A DNA stretch of 64,000 bases from Candidatus Latescibacterota bacterium (GCA_963667175.2 CAXXXF010000004.1:224001-288000); one strand, 5' to 3'; shown: positions 8,893-19,439, counted from the stretch's first letter. A program made the numbers and translations. The notes: generated by a model from the sequence alone, not told the origin.

Positions 8893-11430
8893 TTACAACG
8901 ATAGCCCCATCCTTGTCAGGTGGCCCTCGACCTTCGCGCTGTATTCATCGACCTCCCGCTCCAACTTGGGAAGCGGCCGCGCATAACGCTCGTCGAGTTG
9001 CTTGACCCTACCGGTAAGTTGCTGTGTAATTCGCTGCACCTCTGCCTGAATATCGGCTCGGATGCGCGCGAACCATTTGTCCTCGATCACAAGCGACTTT
9101 ATTTCTTCATCAGTGAGCTGGTTGTACTTCGCAATGACCGCCATGTGCAACGCTTCCATCGCTCGTTCTTGCGCCTTCTTTTGCCTTGTCTCATCCGCGA
9201 TCAGCTGAAGATAATCGTAAAGAACATCCAGCTCCTCGAATAAGCCTTCTGCGTCCTTTATGTTCTTGATCCAGTCATTATCGCCAAATGTCGTCTTCTT
9301 GATCGACTTAGCCTGATCGTGCTCGGGCTCACCCTTGGGATACGCTTTCAAGATGGCGTCCTTGAGTTCTACGACTCGTAGCTGCACATTACCTTTTGTG
9401 ATTCCATTCTTGCCTTCCAAACCGTTAAGGGGCCCCTCTTCAGAAGCATGTTCTGCTTCGAATTCTTCCTTTCGTTCCGCTAATCTGGTGACTTCTGCCT
9501 TAAGTTGCTCGAGTTCCCGCTGTTCGGCGCTAAAAAACCCTGCAATTACCAGAGGTGAAGGTATCAATTCACCTACGTACTTGGAGGTCGTTTTTCCCTT
9601 TTTGATCGTGAATTCAGGCGATTCATTATCCTCTGGCGACCGAACGGTACGGCCGGCTTTCCAGCCATCTGAGGCAATCAGGTAGACATCGTCCTGCATA
9701 ACCTCATCCCAGTAATCCATCATCCGCTGGTAAACGTCGTGAGCGTCAATCAGGGGAAGGTCTCCAAAGCACTTCAATAGATCGTCCGCCAGAATACGTA
9801 CGATGTCCTTGAGATTCGTACCTGGACCAAGATCCGAAAGAGTCGATCGATGGGCCTTGCACCAATCGTTGAGAAGGACTGCAACCCGTTCCTCAAAAAG
9901 CTTGAATTCCCTGTGTTCAAGGATACTGGCTTTAAGCTGCTGAGTCTCAGTTCTGGCGTCACTATAGCCCGGACGGCCATTCCGTACAAACAACGCCTGA
10001 CGCAATGTCGGGAAGACCTCCCAATATGCAGCAAGTGTATCGAGGTCCCGATCCGGAATGCCGCCGTGCAGGTGCGCGTCAAGATCGTGCAAATCCTCCG
10101 CATCACTGGAGTCGATATATCGAGGAATGTTGAGGTTGTATTCGTTAGCAGGACTGCTGATCTCGGCTACCGGCACCATGCGGGAATAGCGAGGCAACTC
10201 AATCTGATTGTTGAAAACATCGGCGATCCGATGGATGTCCTGCGCCCGCAGCCGGTTCTTGTTCCCATCTTTGAGGAATCCCTTGCTGGCATCGATCATA
10301 AGGATACCCGTGCGAGCGTGGGCGTTCTCCTTATCGATGACGAGTATGCACGCGGGAATGCCAGTACCGTAGAAAAGGTTTGCAGGTAGGCCGATGATAC
10401 CCTTGATATAGCCGTGCTGGATTAGGTTCTTACGTATATCCGCCTCCTTGTTGCCGCGAAACAACACACCGTGCGGCAGAATTATCGCACCCTTTCCGTT
10501 GCTCTTGAGCGACGCAATGAGGTGTAAGAGGAAGGCATAGTCACCATTCCTTGCCGGGGGGATACCATACCCGAATCGTCCGTATTCGTCGTGTTCCGGA
10601 TTAAGTCCGCTGGTCCAGGCCTTAGCCGAAAAGGGTGGATTTGCGACGGCGAAGTCGAACGTCTTGAGACTGTCATCCGGGTTTTTGAAATACGGTGAGG
10701 CCAGCGTATTCCCACGCCAGAGTTCGGCGGTCGGGTGGCCATGCAGGATCAGGTTCATTCGAGCCAGCGCCCAGGTCGCGTTGTCCATCTCCTGGCCGTA
10801 GATTGAGATGCCGCTTGGCGCCTCGTCCGCGGCTTTGAGCAGTAGCGAGCCAGAGCCGCAGGTCGGATCGTAAATCGTCTGGTCCTGGCGAGTGTCAGAT
10901 CCAATGCCGATCACTTTCGCCATGATACGGGACACCTCGGCCGGCGTGTAAAATTGCCCTTTGCTCTTGCCTGACTCGGTAGCGAAGTGCATCATCAGGT
11001 ACTCGTACGCGTCGCCGAGCAGATCATCGCCCCCTCCGCGGTTAGCTCGAAAGTCCAGACCGTCGAATATGGCAACCAGTTTGGAAAGCCGATCCTGCAT
11101 TTCCTTGCCCGAACCGAGCTTGCTCTCGTCGTTGAAATCCGCCTGATCGATGACACCCTTTAAATCGTTCGACTCGGCAAGTCTACCAATGATCTTGTTA
11201 ATCCCGTCTCCTATTTCCTTTTTACCCTTCAACGCTAACATGTCCAAAAAGCCGCCGCCCGGAGGAACTTCGATAAGCGCGTTGGGATCGGAGGCGTGTT
11301 TGTCAGAGACATACTTCATGAACAAAAGGGTCAGGACGTAGTCTTTGTACTGAGACGCGTCCATGCCACCACGTAACTCGTCGCAGCTTTGCCAGAGTGA
11401 TGAATAGAGTTGGGATTTCTTCAATGCCAT
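8893..11430 (-). CDS. hsdM: type I restriction-modification methyltransferase M
   Basis: Start MALKKSQLYSSLW, GQFYTP, YDPTCGSGSLL, catalytic NPPF motif. Confidence 0.96.
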   Translation of the reverse strand: MALKKSQLYSSLWQSCDELRGGMDASQYKDYVLTLLFMKYVSDKHASDPNALIEVPPGGGFLDMLALKGKKEIGDGINKIIGRLAESNDLKGVIDQADFNDESKLGSGKEMQDRLSKLVAIFDGLDFRANRGGGDDLLGDAYEYLMMHFATESGKSKGQFYTPAEVSRIMAKVIGIGSDTRQDQTIYDPTCGSGSLLLKAADEAPSGISIYGQEMDNATWALARMNLILHGHPTAELWRGNTLASPYFKNPDDSLKTFDFAVANPPFSAKAWTSGLNPEHDEYGRFGYGIPPARNGDYAFLLHLIASLKSNGKGAIILPHGVLFRGNKEADIRKNLIQHGYIKGIIGLPANLFYGTGIPACILVIDKENAHARTGILMIDASKGFLKDGNKNRLRAQDIHRIADVFNNQIELPRYSRMVPVAEISSPANEYNLNIPRYIDSSDAEDLHDLDAHLHGGIPDRDLDTLAAYWEVFPTLRQALFVRNGRPGYSDARTETQQLKASILEHREFKLFEERVAVLLNDWCKAHRSTLSDLGPGTNLKDIVRILADDLLKCFGDLPLIDAHDVYQRMMDYWDEVMQDDVYLIASDGWKAGRTVRSPEDNESPEFTIKKGKTTSKYVGELIPSPLVIAGFFSAEQRELEQLKAEVTRLAERKEEFEAEHASEEGPLNGLEGKNGITKGNVQLRVVELKDAILKAYPKGEPEHDQAKSIKKTTFGDNDWIKNIKDAEGLFEELDVLYDYLQLIADETRQKKAQERAMEALHMAVIAKYNQLTDEEIKSLVIEDKWFARIRADIQAEVQRITQQLTGRVKQLDERYARPLPKLEREVDEYSAKVEGHLTRMGLSL

Positions 11431-11500
11431 TATTCATTCCTTACCGAATGTGATGGACGACTTATAAATTTCGGACCCAAATTGCCTCCTGCAAAGCCCC

Positions 11501-11660
11501 TCAGTCAAAAACCAGCACCGTGCGCGCCACCTTCCCCTGAACCATGTCTTCGAATGCCTCGTTGATCTCGTCCAGCGGTCGATAGCGGGAAATCAGTTCG
11601 TCCAGCTTGGTCTTCCCTGCCGATACAGATCCGGAATCCAGAGGAAGTCCACGCGGGTCC
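11501..11660 (-). pseudogene. frameshifted 3' fragment of a Zn-dependent alcohol dehydrogenase
   Basis: TRVDFLWIPDLYRQG | (1-nt frameshift) KTKLDELISRYRPLDEINEAFEDMVQGKVARTVLVFD*. The rest of the gene is absent. Confidence 0.8.
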
Positions 11661-11676
11661 CGGCATTTCCTTTCTC

Positions 11677-12255
11677 TCAACCGCCCCGGATACCGAGCCG
11701 GGCGAGGACGTCCGACCACCGTTTCGCGTGACTCTCGTGGGTGTGCAGAGGCCGGAATCCTGCCGTGAGATAGCTCTTGATTGCCGGGACACGCCAATCG
11801 TCGGTGAGCAGGTGGGCCTGGCGATAGCCCAGCTCTCTGAGTCGATGAAGCACGGCGGCGTTGACCAGGTGGCCCAGGCCTTTCCCGCGCTGGTCTTCCA
11901 GCACGGCAACCATATGCACTTCCCCCACGATGCGTTCGGTCAGATCCCGGCGCCACGCGCAGGCGGAGCCGACGAGCCGCGAATCGATGGTTGCAAAAAA
12001 GAGACTTTGCGGATGGAAGCGGGGGTCGTTAATGAGTTTTTCACGGCAGGTTTCAGGCGTCCAGTCCCGCCCCACGTTTCCTTCCATGATCGCGCACCAT
12101 CCGGCTTCGTCGCCCGAACGGTACGTTCGCAGCCCATACCCTTCCGGGATCCGGATTTCCGGAAGGTCCTGCAGCGTATCTCTTATCATCTCCAGTTGCG
12201 GCGGTGGCGGAGGAGGTGATTTGGCGCACATGGAAGAAAGAATCCTGCGAAGCAT
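11677..12255 (-). CDS. GNAT family N-acetyltransferase
   Basis: VAVLEDQRGKGLG acetyl-CoA motif and AIKSYLTAGF. Start uncertain (12255 or 12231). Confidence 0.85.
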   Translation of the reverse strand: MLRRILSSMCAKSPPPPPPQLEMIRDTLQDLPEIRIPEGYGLRTYRSGDEAGWCAIMEGNVGRDWTPETCREKLINDPRFHPQSLFFATIDSRLVGSACAWRRDLTERIVGEVHMVAVLEDQRGKGLGHLVNAAVLHRLRELGYRQAHLLTDDWRVPAIKSYLTAGFRPLHTHESHAKRWSDVLARLGIRGG

Positions 12256-12582
12256 GGTGGTTCTCTGGTCGAATCGGCGCGGTCTGTACCGGGGTACCGT
12301 TGGCTCGCGGTTATGCCGGGCCGGTCGCAGATCCCCGGACCCCTGCGCATCGATTGCAAATACCGTCCGTGGTCGCCATTCGTCTGACGCGAAACGGGGT
12401 TCCCGACCCGGCCGCGCCCTTATGTACAATATGAGCGTCGCGGCCGTTGGTGTCAACGGATAATCGCCCGTTCGAGCCCTGGATCGGGGGAACGAATTCG
12501 CGCCTGGCGCGAATGAAACCGGGGCCGGATTCAGCCCTGAAATCACGCCCCGGCCGGGGCCTGTTGATTCTTCGGTAATGCC

Positions 12583-12611
12583 TTGACAATTGCCAATCCT
12601 TGTGATATACT
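12583..12611 (+). promoter_or_regulatory. sigma70-type promoter of the nuo operon
   Basis: TTGACA(12583)-17 nt-TATACT(12606) with extended TGn, 80 nt upstream of nuoA. Confidence 0.8.
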
Positions 12612-12691
12612 ATCACCGCCGAAAAGCGGTCCTCGGAATGAATGCCATTCCGGAACCGTTTTTTTGAGCATGTGGGAGGTCCAGGCGCACG

Positions 12692-13057
12692 ATGCTGGTC
12701 GATTATCTTCCGATTGTTATTCTGATGGCGGTGGCCGTCGGGTTTGCAGCCGTCAGTCTGTTAATAACGCATCTGTTCGGGCCCCGCCGACCCAATCCGG
12801 TCAAATTGTCGCCATATGAATCGGGTGTGCCTCCCGTAGGCGATGCCAGACTGCGGTTTTCGGTCAAGTTTTACGTTGTGGCGATGCTGTTTATCGTCTT
12901 CGATATCGAAGTCGTGTTCTTGTACCCCTGGGCCGTTGTCTTTAAGGAAATGCTGGCCCAGGGGAACTTTATTTTTACGGAAATGGTGGTATTCCTCGGC
13001 GTTCTGGCGCTGGGGCTGGCGTACGTCTGGCGGAAGGGCGGCCTGGATTGGGATTGA
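12692..13057 (+). CDS. nuoA: NADH-quinone oxidoreductase subunit A
   Basis: KLSPYESG, FIVFDIEVVFLYPWA, KGGLDW. Confidence 0.96.
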   Translation: MLVDYLPIVILMAVAVGFAAVSLLITHLFGPRRPNPVKLSPYESGVPPVGDARLRFSVKFYVVAMLFIVFDIEVVFLYPWAVVFKEMLAQGNFIFTEMVVFLGVLALGLAYVWRKGGLDWD

Positions 13058-13113
13058 ACGCGGACGGCGCGTCTGAAACATCGACGATACACGACTGACG
13101 AACGGGCAATCGC

Positions 13114-14886
13114 ATGGCCCAGGAAATGACAAACGGAACCACTGTGACTGACGTCGCCGCTGGAAACCTGACGGCCGGACGGCTGGAGGAACGGTTCGGG
13201 GAAGACGGCCTTGAGTTTTCCGAATTCTGCGGCGACTGTACGGCGGTCTGCGATGCGGACCGGGTCTCGGAAGTGCTGGCCTTCTTGCGGGATGAGCCGG
13301 GCCTGGAATACGATCGATTGTCCGATGTGACGGCCGTCGACTATTCCGAATATCCGGGGCCGCGTCCTGACGTCCGTTTCAACGTGGTCTATCACCTCTA
13401 TTCACATCCTCACAACCAGCGCTTTCGGCTCCGGGCGAACGTAGGCGAAGAAAACTGCGGGATCCCCTCCGCGTGCGGATTGTGGAAAGGCGCCGAATGG
13501 CCGGAGCGCGAAGTCTACGATATGTTCGGCATCCGGTTCGAGGACCATCCGGACCTGCGGCGCATATTGATGCCGGTAAACTTTCAGTACTACCCGCTGA
13601 GGAAAGATTACCCGCTCAACGGACGGGGCGAGCGGGACGTTATCGCGCCGGAAGATCCCGGTTTCGAGGGCAATCCTTTCGGGGACGACGACGCTCCGGA
13701 CGACGACCCGCTGGCGTCGGAGCGGATGATCCTGAACCTGGGGCCCCAGCATCCGGCAACCCACGGGACGCTGCGGCTCACGCTCGAATTGGACGGCGAG
13801 CGCATTTCCAGGTGTCTTCCGGACATAGGCTACCTGCATACCGGCTTCGAAAAACTGGGGGAACACCATACCTACAACCAGTGGGTCACGGTCACGGACC
13901 GGATGAACTATCTTTCACCGTTGTGCAACAACATCGGTTACGCGATGACGGTGGAAAAACTGATGGGCCTGGAAGTCCCGCCTCGGGCCGTGTGTATCCG
14001 TGTCATTCTGTCGGAACTTTCCCGCATCGCGGACCACATGGTCTGGCTGGGCACGCACGCGCTGGATATCGGCGCGATGACGGTGTTCCTCTACACCTTC
14101 GAACAACGTGAACGCCTGTACGATATATTCGAGGCCGTCACCGGCGCCCGCCTGACCACCAGCTATACGCGAGTTGGCGGGATGGGATGGGACGTGCCCG
14201 ACAATTTCCACGAACTGGTAACGGACTTCACGGCGCAATTCCCCAGGGCGGCCGCGGAGGTCGACAGGCTTCTGACCCGCAACAGGATCTGGATAGACCG
14301 TACCAAGGGAATCGGCGTTATCTCGGCCGAAGACGCCATCGCGTGGAATCTGACGGGTCCGATGGCTCGCGGTTCCGGTGTGAACTACGATTTGCGGAAG
14401 GCCGAGCCATACCTGGGTTACGAAGCGTTTGACTTCGACGTTCCCGTGGGCGAAAAGGGCGACGTCTACGACAGGTACCTGGTACGCATGGAGGAACTGA
14501 ACCAGAGCATCCGGATTATCGAACAGGCGGTGAACAACCTGCCCGGCGGCGCCGTAAAGGTCGACGACGCCAAGGTGATTCTTCCCGAGAAAGACGACGT
14601 GTACACCGGGATGGAGTCGCTGATCCACCATTTCAAGGTCACGATGGACCATCACGGAATCGCGCCGCCCCCGGGAGAAATCTACCTGGCTACGGAGGGA
14701 CCTAACGGGGAGTTGGGCTTCTATATCGTCAGCGACGGGAGCGGCGCCGCGTACCGGCTGAGGGTAAGACCCCCTTCGTTTATGAACTACCAGTGCTTTC
14801 CGAAACTGGCGCACGGGCATATGGTGGCCGACGTGGTGGCCATTCTGGGCAGCATCAACGTAATTGCGGGAGAGTTGGACCGGTAA
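13114..14886 (+). CDS. nuoCD: NADH-quinone oxidoreductase fused subunit C/D
   Basis: NuoC EREVYDMFGIRF..HPDLRRIL fused in frame to NuoD NLGPQHPATHG ... GELDR. Confidence 0.95.
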   Translation: MAQEMTNGTTVTDVAAGNLTAGRLEERFGEDGLEFSEFCGDCTAVCDADRVSEVLAFLRDEPGLEYDRLSDVTAVDYSEYPGPRPDVRFNVVYHLYSHPHNQRFRLRANVGEENCGIPSACGLWKGAEWPEREVYDMFGIRFEDHPDLRRILMPVNFQYYPLRKDYPLNGRGERDVIAPEDPGFEGNPFGDDDAPDDDPLASERMILNLGPQHPATHGTLRLTLELDGERISRCLPDIGYLHTGFEKLGEHHTYNQWVTVTDRMNYLSPLCNNIGYAMTVEKLMGLEVPPRAVCIRVILSELSRIADHMVWLGTHALDIGAMTVFLYTFEQRERLYDIFEAVTGARLTTSYTRVGGMGWDVPDNFHELVTDFTAQFPRAAAEVDRLLTRNRIWIDRTKGIGVISAEDAIAWNLTGPMARGSGVNYDLRKAEPYLGYEAFDFDVPVGEKGDVYDRYLVRMEELNQSIRIIEQAVNNLPGGAVKVDDAKVILPEKDDVYTGMESLIHHFKVTMDHHGIAPPPGEIYLATEGPNGELGFYIVSDGSGAAYRLRVRPPSFMNYQCFPKLAHGHMVADVVAILGSINVIAGELDR

Positions 14887-14929
14887 CAGTCCGCGGACTT
14901 GAGCCGTTCGAAGGACAGGACACCATAAT

Positions 14930-15409
14930 ATGGCGATCGCGCTTTCCGATGAGACGTTGAAGAAGTGCGAGGAGATGATCACGCACTATCCGCAGGAATG
15001 GCGAAAGGCGGCAATTCTTCCCGTTCTGCATCTGGCGCAGAAGGAGTGGGGGTACATCTCCCTCGAAGGATTGAGATACGTGGCGAACCTGCTGGAGATC
15101 CCGCCCGCCCATGCGGCGGGCGTGATGAGCTTCTATCCGATGTTCCACAAGGCGCCCGTGGGCGAGGTTGTCATCCATGTCTGCGGCACGCTGTCCTGTG
15201 CGCTCTGCGGCGCCGGCGAGCTTACGAAACACCTCAAGGAAAAACTGAAAATAGACGTGGGTGAAACCACCGGAGACGGACGGTTCACGCTGGCCAAGGT
15301 GGAGTGCATTGCGGCATGCGAAGGCGCGCCGGCCGTTCTGATCAACGAGGAACTGCATCGTTGCGTGACCCGGGAAAAGCTGGACGAACTGCTGGACCGG
15401 TCCGCGTAA
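14930..15409 (+). CDS. nuoE: NADH-quinone oxidoreductase subunit E
   Basis: CGTLSC...CIAAC 2Fe-2S motif. Confidence 0.95.
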   Translation: MAIALSDETLKKCEEMITHYPQEWRKAAILPVLHLAQKEWGYISLEGLRYVANLLEIPPAHAAGVMSFYPMFHKAPVGEVVIHVCGTLSCALCGAGELTKHLKEKLKIDVGETTGDGRFTLAKVECIAACEGAPAVLINEELHRCVTREKLDELLDRSA

Positions 15410-15429
15410 AACAGTCGAATTGACAGGGT

Positions 15430-16767
15430 ATGCCTGAAGAACACAAAATCATCACCGAAGGCTTCGGCGTAGATGGCCTCCGGACGATCGACGTCTACAG
15501 GGCTCATGGCGGATATACGGCCATCGAGAAGGCCTTCGGAATGTCACAGGACGAGGTGATCGACGAGGTGAGGGAGTCGTTGCTGGCCGGTCGGGGAGGC
15601 GCGTGGTTCCCGGCCGGTGTGAAATGGGGGTTTATGCCGAAAGAACCCCGCGAGCCCAGTTACCTCTGCGTGAATGCCGACGAAAGCGAGCCGGGCACGT
15701 TCAAGGACCGGCATCTGATGGAGCAGAATCCGCATCAGATGCTCGAGGGTACCATTATCGCGTCGTACGCGATGCGGGTAAGCGTGGCATACGTCTATAT
15801 CCGCGGCGAGATGTTCGAGGCCAGGAGGATCGTGGAGAAGGCGATCGCCGAGGCGCGGGCGGCCGGCTTTATCGGCAGGGACATTCTGGGTTCCGGATAC
15901 GACCTGGAGGTCTACGTCCACCCTGGCGCCGGGGCCTATATTTGCGGTGAGGAAATGGGCCTGATCCAGTCCCTCAACGGCAACCGAGCCGAGCCGCGCG
16001 CAAAACCGCCGTTTCCCGCCCAGCAGGGTGTTTTCGAACGGCCCACCACGGTGAACAACGTCCAGACGCTTTCTTACGTGCCCCACATCGTGAACCGGGG
16101 GGCGGACTGGTTCAAGGGAATCGGCAGCGAACGGTTTCCCGGCACGTTCATTTTCTGTGTCAGCGGCCATGTGAACAATCCGGGGATGTTCGAGCTCGAA
16201 ACCGGTTCCGTCACGATGCGCCAGATCGTGGAGGATTTCGCGGGGGGAGTGCGCGACGGCCGCGCGTTGAAAGCGGTGATTCCAGGCGGGGCCTCAACGC
16301 CGCCGATGACACCCGACCAGATCGATATCGTAATGGACCCGTCGAATTTCCTTGCGCCGGGCGGGGGAGACTTCCAGGGCATGTTCGGCACGGGCGGGAT
16401 CATTGTGATGGACGAAACTTCGTGCATGGTCGACGCTTTGTTGAACTTCATGGTCTTCTTCGCTCACGAGTCCTGCGGCCAGTGCACGCCCTGCCGTGAG
16501 GGATGCCCATGGGCGCGGGATATCGTGTGGCGGATCGAGAATGGCCTGGGGAAACGGGGCGACCTGGATACGTTGCTCGACATAGCCCATAACGTCGGGC
16601 CTTATCTGTGTCCGCCTTCCAGGCTGACAACCATATGCGGCTTCGGCGGGGCGTTTGCAAATCCGATCCACGGATTCGTGCAGACGTTCCGGGACGAATT
16701 CGAGGCCCACGTCGAAGAGGGTCGATACCCGGTCAAACAGGACAAATCCACTCGGGTTCCGGGATAA
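15430..16767 (+). CDS. nuoF: NADH-quinone oxidoreductase subunit F
   Basis: NADESEPGTFKDR, GAGAYICGEE, ESCGQCTPCREG. Confidence 0.95.
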   Translation: MPEEHKIITEGFGVDGLRTIDVYRAHGGYTAIEKAFGMSQDEVIDEVRESLLAGRGGAWFPAGVKWGFMPKEPREPSYLCVNADESEPGTFKDRHLMEQNPHQMLEGTIIASYAMRVSVAYVYIRGEMFEARRIVEKAIAEARAAGFIGRDILGSGYDLEVYVHPGAGAYICGEEMGLIQSLNGNRAEPRAKPPFPAQQGVFERPTTVNNVQTLSYVPHIVNRGADWFKGIGSERFPGTFIFCVSGHVNNPGMFELETGSVTMRQIVEDFAGGVRDGRALKAVIPGGASTPPMTPDQIDIVMDPSNFLAPGGGDFQGMFGTGGIIVMDETSCMVDALLNFMVFFAHESCGQCTPCREGCPWARDIVWRIENGLGKRGDLDTLLDIAHNVGPYLCPPSRLTTICGFGGAFANPIHGFVQTFRDEFEAHVEEGRYPVKQDKSTRVPG

Positions 16768-16773
16768 ATCAAG

Positions 16774-18390
16774 ATGGCGACGTTTACGATTGATGGCAGT
16801 GAAATTGAGATCGTCCCTGGAAAGAACGTGCTCCAGACGGCGATTGACAACGGGATCTACGTCCCTCACTATTGCTACCACCCGGGGCTCAGCGCGCCGG
16901 CAAACTGCCGCATGTGCCTTGTGGAGATGGACGTGGGCGGTCGTCGCAGCCTCGGACCTTCCTGCTCCGCCATGCCCGCCGATGGCATGGTTGTGGATAC
17001 GCAGTCGGACGTCGTCAAGGAAAACCAGAATGCCGTGATGGAATTCCTGCTGGTGAATCATCCGCTGGACTGTCCGGTGTGCGATCAGTCCGGCGAGTGC
17101 GAGCTGCAGGACTACAGCTACACGTACGGGACCGACAGGAGCCGGTACCACGAGAAGAAGCTGGTCCAGCCCAAGAAAGACGTCGGAAGGCACGTGTTGT
17201 TGTATTCCGACCGGTGCATCCGGTGTACCCGCTGCATCCGGTTCTGCGACGAGGTTTCCGGAACGGGCGAGCTGGGGTACTTCAATCGGGGGGTCTATAA
17301 CGAAATCGACGTGTTCCCCGGGGCGAGGATGGACAATCGACTGTCGGGCAATACCGTGGATATCTGCCCGGTCGGCGCGTTGCTGGACAAATCGTTTCTT
17401 TTCAAACAGCGTGTATGGTTTCTGAAGTCGGTCGACACGATCTGCCCGGGATGCAGCACGGGATGCAACGTCAGGGCCGATTACAACAATGAACGGATCT
17501 ACCGACTGGCGCCGCGCGAGAATCCGGACGTGAACGAATACTGGATGTGTGACGACGGACGCCACGGGTGGGGCTACGTGCATGCCGACGACCGTCTGCT
17601 GTTTCCGATGCTGGGGCGAGGCGAGGCGCAGGAACTGGCGCTGTGGGAGGCCGCGCTGAAGGCGACGAGGGCCGGATTCGAACGCGTTCGGTCGGAGTAC
17701 GGAGACGGCGCCGTGGCGGGGATTGCGTCGGCTCACCTGACCAACGAAGAGCACTATCTTTTCGGCAGTCTCTTCTCGAACGGGCTGGCGGGTGGTCCCG
17801 TCGCGGTCCACACCAGACTCAGCGACGAGGGCGACGTGACGTTCAAGGGCGGATTCACCATCCATGGGGACAAGTCTCCCAATTCACGCGGCGCGCGGAC
17901 CGTGCTTGAGGGGTTGGGGTTGTCTCTCGCGGAGCCGCCGGAAATCTGGCGCGGCATCGCGGAAGGACGGATACGGGGTCTCTACCTTCTGGGCGGCGAT
18001 CCTCTGGCTTCGTTGTCCGACGAGGAACAGACGGCCCTGGCAACCCTCGACTTTCTGGTCGTTCAGGATATCCGGGCTCGCAGCTGGACGGCGATGGCCG
18101 ACGTGATCCTGCCCGGCGCGGCGTTTATCGAGAAGGACGGCACGTTCAGCAATTTCGGCGGACGGGTACAGCGTGTACGGCGGGGCCTGGCCCCAGTCGG
18201 CGACGCGCGTGCGGACTGGGAGATCCTTCGGGACGTCAACCGGGAGATGGGGGTCGAAGCCGCACACGACCGGATCGAAGCGGTTATGGCCGACCTGGCG
18301 AACGCCGTCGCGGCCTTCGAGGGAGTGGACGATGATGACGGGGGAGACCGGGGAAAGCCACTTGTTGAGATTGAGGCAGCCGGAGCGTAG
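16774..18390 (+). CDS. nuoG: NADH-quinone oxidoreductase subunit G (short, 538 aa)
   Basis: CYHPGL..NCRMC, HPLDCPVCDQSGEC, CIRCTRC, CPGCSTGC..C. Confidence 0.93.
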   Translation: MATFTIDGSEIEIVPGKNVLQTAIDNGIYVPHYCYHPGLSAPANCRMCLVEMDVGGRRSLGPSCSAMPADGMVVDTQSDVVKENQNAVMEFLLVNHPLDCPVCDQSGECELQDYSYTYGTDRSRYHEKKLVQPKKDVGRHVLLYSDRCIRCTRCIRFCDEVSGTGELGYFNRGVYNEIDVFPGARMDNRLSGNTVDICPVGALLDKSFLFKQRVWFLKSVDTICPGCSTGCNVRADYNNERIYRLAPRENPDVNEYWMCDDGRHGWGYVHADDRLLFPMLGRGEAQELALWEAALKATRAGFERVRSEYGDGAVAGIASAHLTNEEHYLFGSLFSNGLAGGPVAVHTRLSDEGDVTFKGGFTIHGDKSPNSRGARTVLEGLGLSLAEPPEIWRGIAEGRIRGLYLLGGDPLASLSDEEQTALATLDFLVVQDIRARSWTAMADVILPGAAFIEKDGTFSNFGGRVQRVRRGLAPVGDARADWEILRDVNREMGVEAAHDRIEAVMADLANAVAAFEGVDDDDGGDRGKPLVEIEAAGA

Positions 18391-18398
18391 ATGCGTTT

Positions 18399-19439
18399 AT
18401 GGATTACGCGATTGAGAGTGTCGTGAAGATCGTTGTGGTATTCGGCGGGATGCTGGGCGCGGTCGCCTATCTCGTACTTGCCGAGCGGAAGGTCAGCGCG
18501 TATATCCAGAACCGTCTGGGTCCGAACCGGGTCGGGCCCTGGGGATTGCTGCAGCCGCTTGCCGACGGTCTCAAGTTTCTCTTCAAGGAAGACGTGATTC
18601 CCCGGCACGTGAACCGGTTCGTCTATCTGGCCGCGCCGCCCGCCATTCTCGTCCCTGCGCTGATGGGTTTTGCCATCGTGCCGTTCGGCGATACCATGAC
18701 CCTGTGGGGCCATGAGGTCCGGCTGCAGATCGCCGATATAAACGTCGGCGTCCTTTACCTCCTTGCGCTGGCGTCTCTGGGGGTCTACGGGGTGGTGCTC
18801 GGCGGGTGGGCGTCCAACAACAAGTATGCCCTGCTGGGCGGGTTGCGCGCTTCCGCCCAGATGATCAGCTACGAACTGGCGCTGGGGCTGTCGCTGATCG
18901 GCGTACTGATGGCCGCGGGCACACTGCAGCTGGATGAAATCGTCAGGCAGCAGTCCGAACGAACGCTGTTCGGTTTTTTGCCGGGATGGAACGTGTTCAC
19001 GCAGCCGCTGGGATTCGTGTTGTTTACAGCGGCCGCGTTCGCCGAGAGCAACCGGCTGCCGTTCGATCTGCCGGAGTCCGAACAGGAACTGGTGGCCGGG
19101 TATCACGCCGAGTACAGCAGCATGAAGTTCGCCATGTTCTTCATGGCCGAGTACGCCCATATGATTACGGCGTCGGCCGTCATCGCCACCCTTTTCTTCG
19201 GCGGCTGGCATATGCCGTGGCTGGTGGACCCCGGAAGTTCCTCGATCGGCGCCAGTCTGCTCAAGTTGCTCGCGTTTCTGATCAAGACCGGATTCTTCAT
19301 GTTTCTGTTCCTGTGGGTACGCTGGACCCTTCCGCGTTTTCGGTACGATCAGGTGATGTGGCTGGGGTGGAAGGTTCTGCTGCCGCTGGCGCTTCTGAAC
19401 GTCTTCTTAACCGGGCTCTATCTGACGCTTACGCACTGA
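18399..19439 (+). CDS. nuoH: NADH-quinone oxidoreductase subunit H
   Basis: [37 protein letters not shown]. Confidence 0.96.
   Translation: MDYAIESVVKIVVVFGGMLGAVAYLVLAERKVSAYIQNRLGPNRVGPWGLLQPLADGLKFLFKEDVIPRHVNRFVYLAAPPAILVPALMGFAIVPFGDTMTLWGHEVRLQIADINVGVLYLLALASLGVYGVVLGGWASNNKYALLGGLRASAQMISYELALGLSLIGVLMAAGTLQLDEIVRQQSERTLFGFLPGWNVFTQPLGFVLFTAAAFAESNRLPFDLPESEQELVAGYHAEYSSMKFAMFFMAEYAHMITASAVIATLFFGGWHMPWLVDPGSSSIGASLLKLLAFLIKTGFFMFLFLWVRWTLPRFRYDQVMWLGWKVLLPLALLNVFLTGLYLTLTH

Noticed and set aside
13114-14886. Group 4 [NiFe]-hydrogenase large subunit (because of the Mrp linkage)
   Set aside because: No CxxC Ni-binding motifs. It has NuoD quinone-site residues and a GELDR end.
15930-15975. 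NADPH-specific NuoF through loss of the ribose-binding Glu
   Set aside because: The YICGEE glutamates are both retained.
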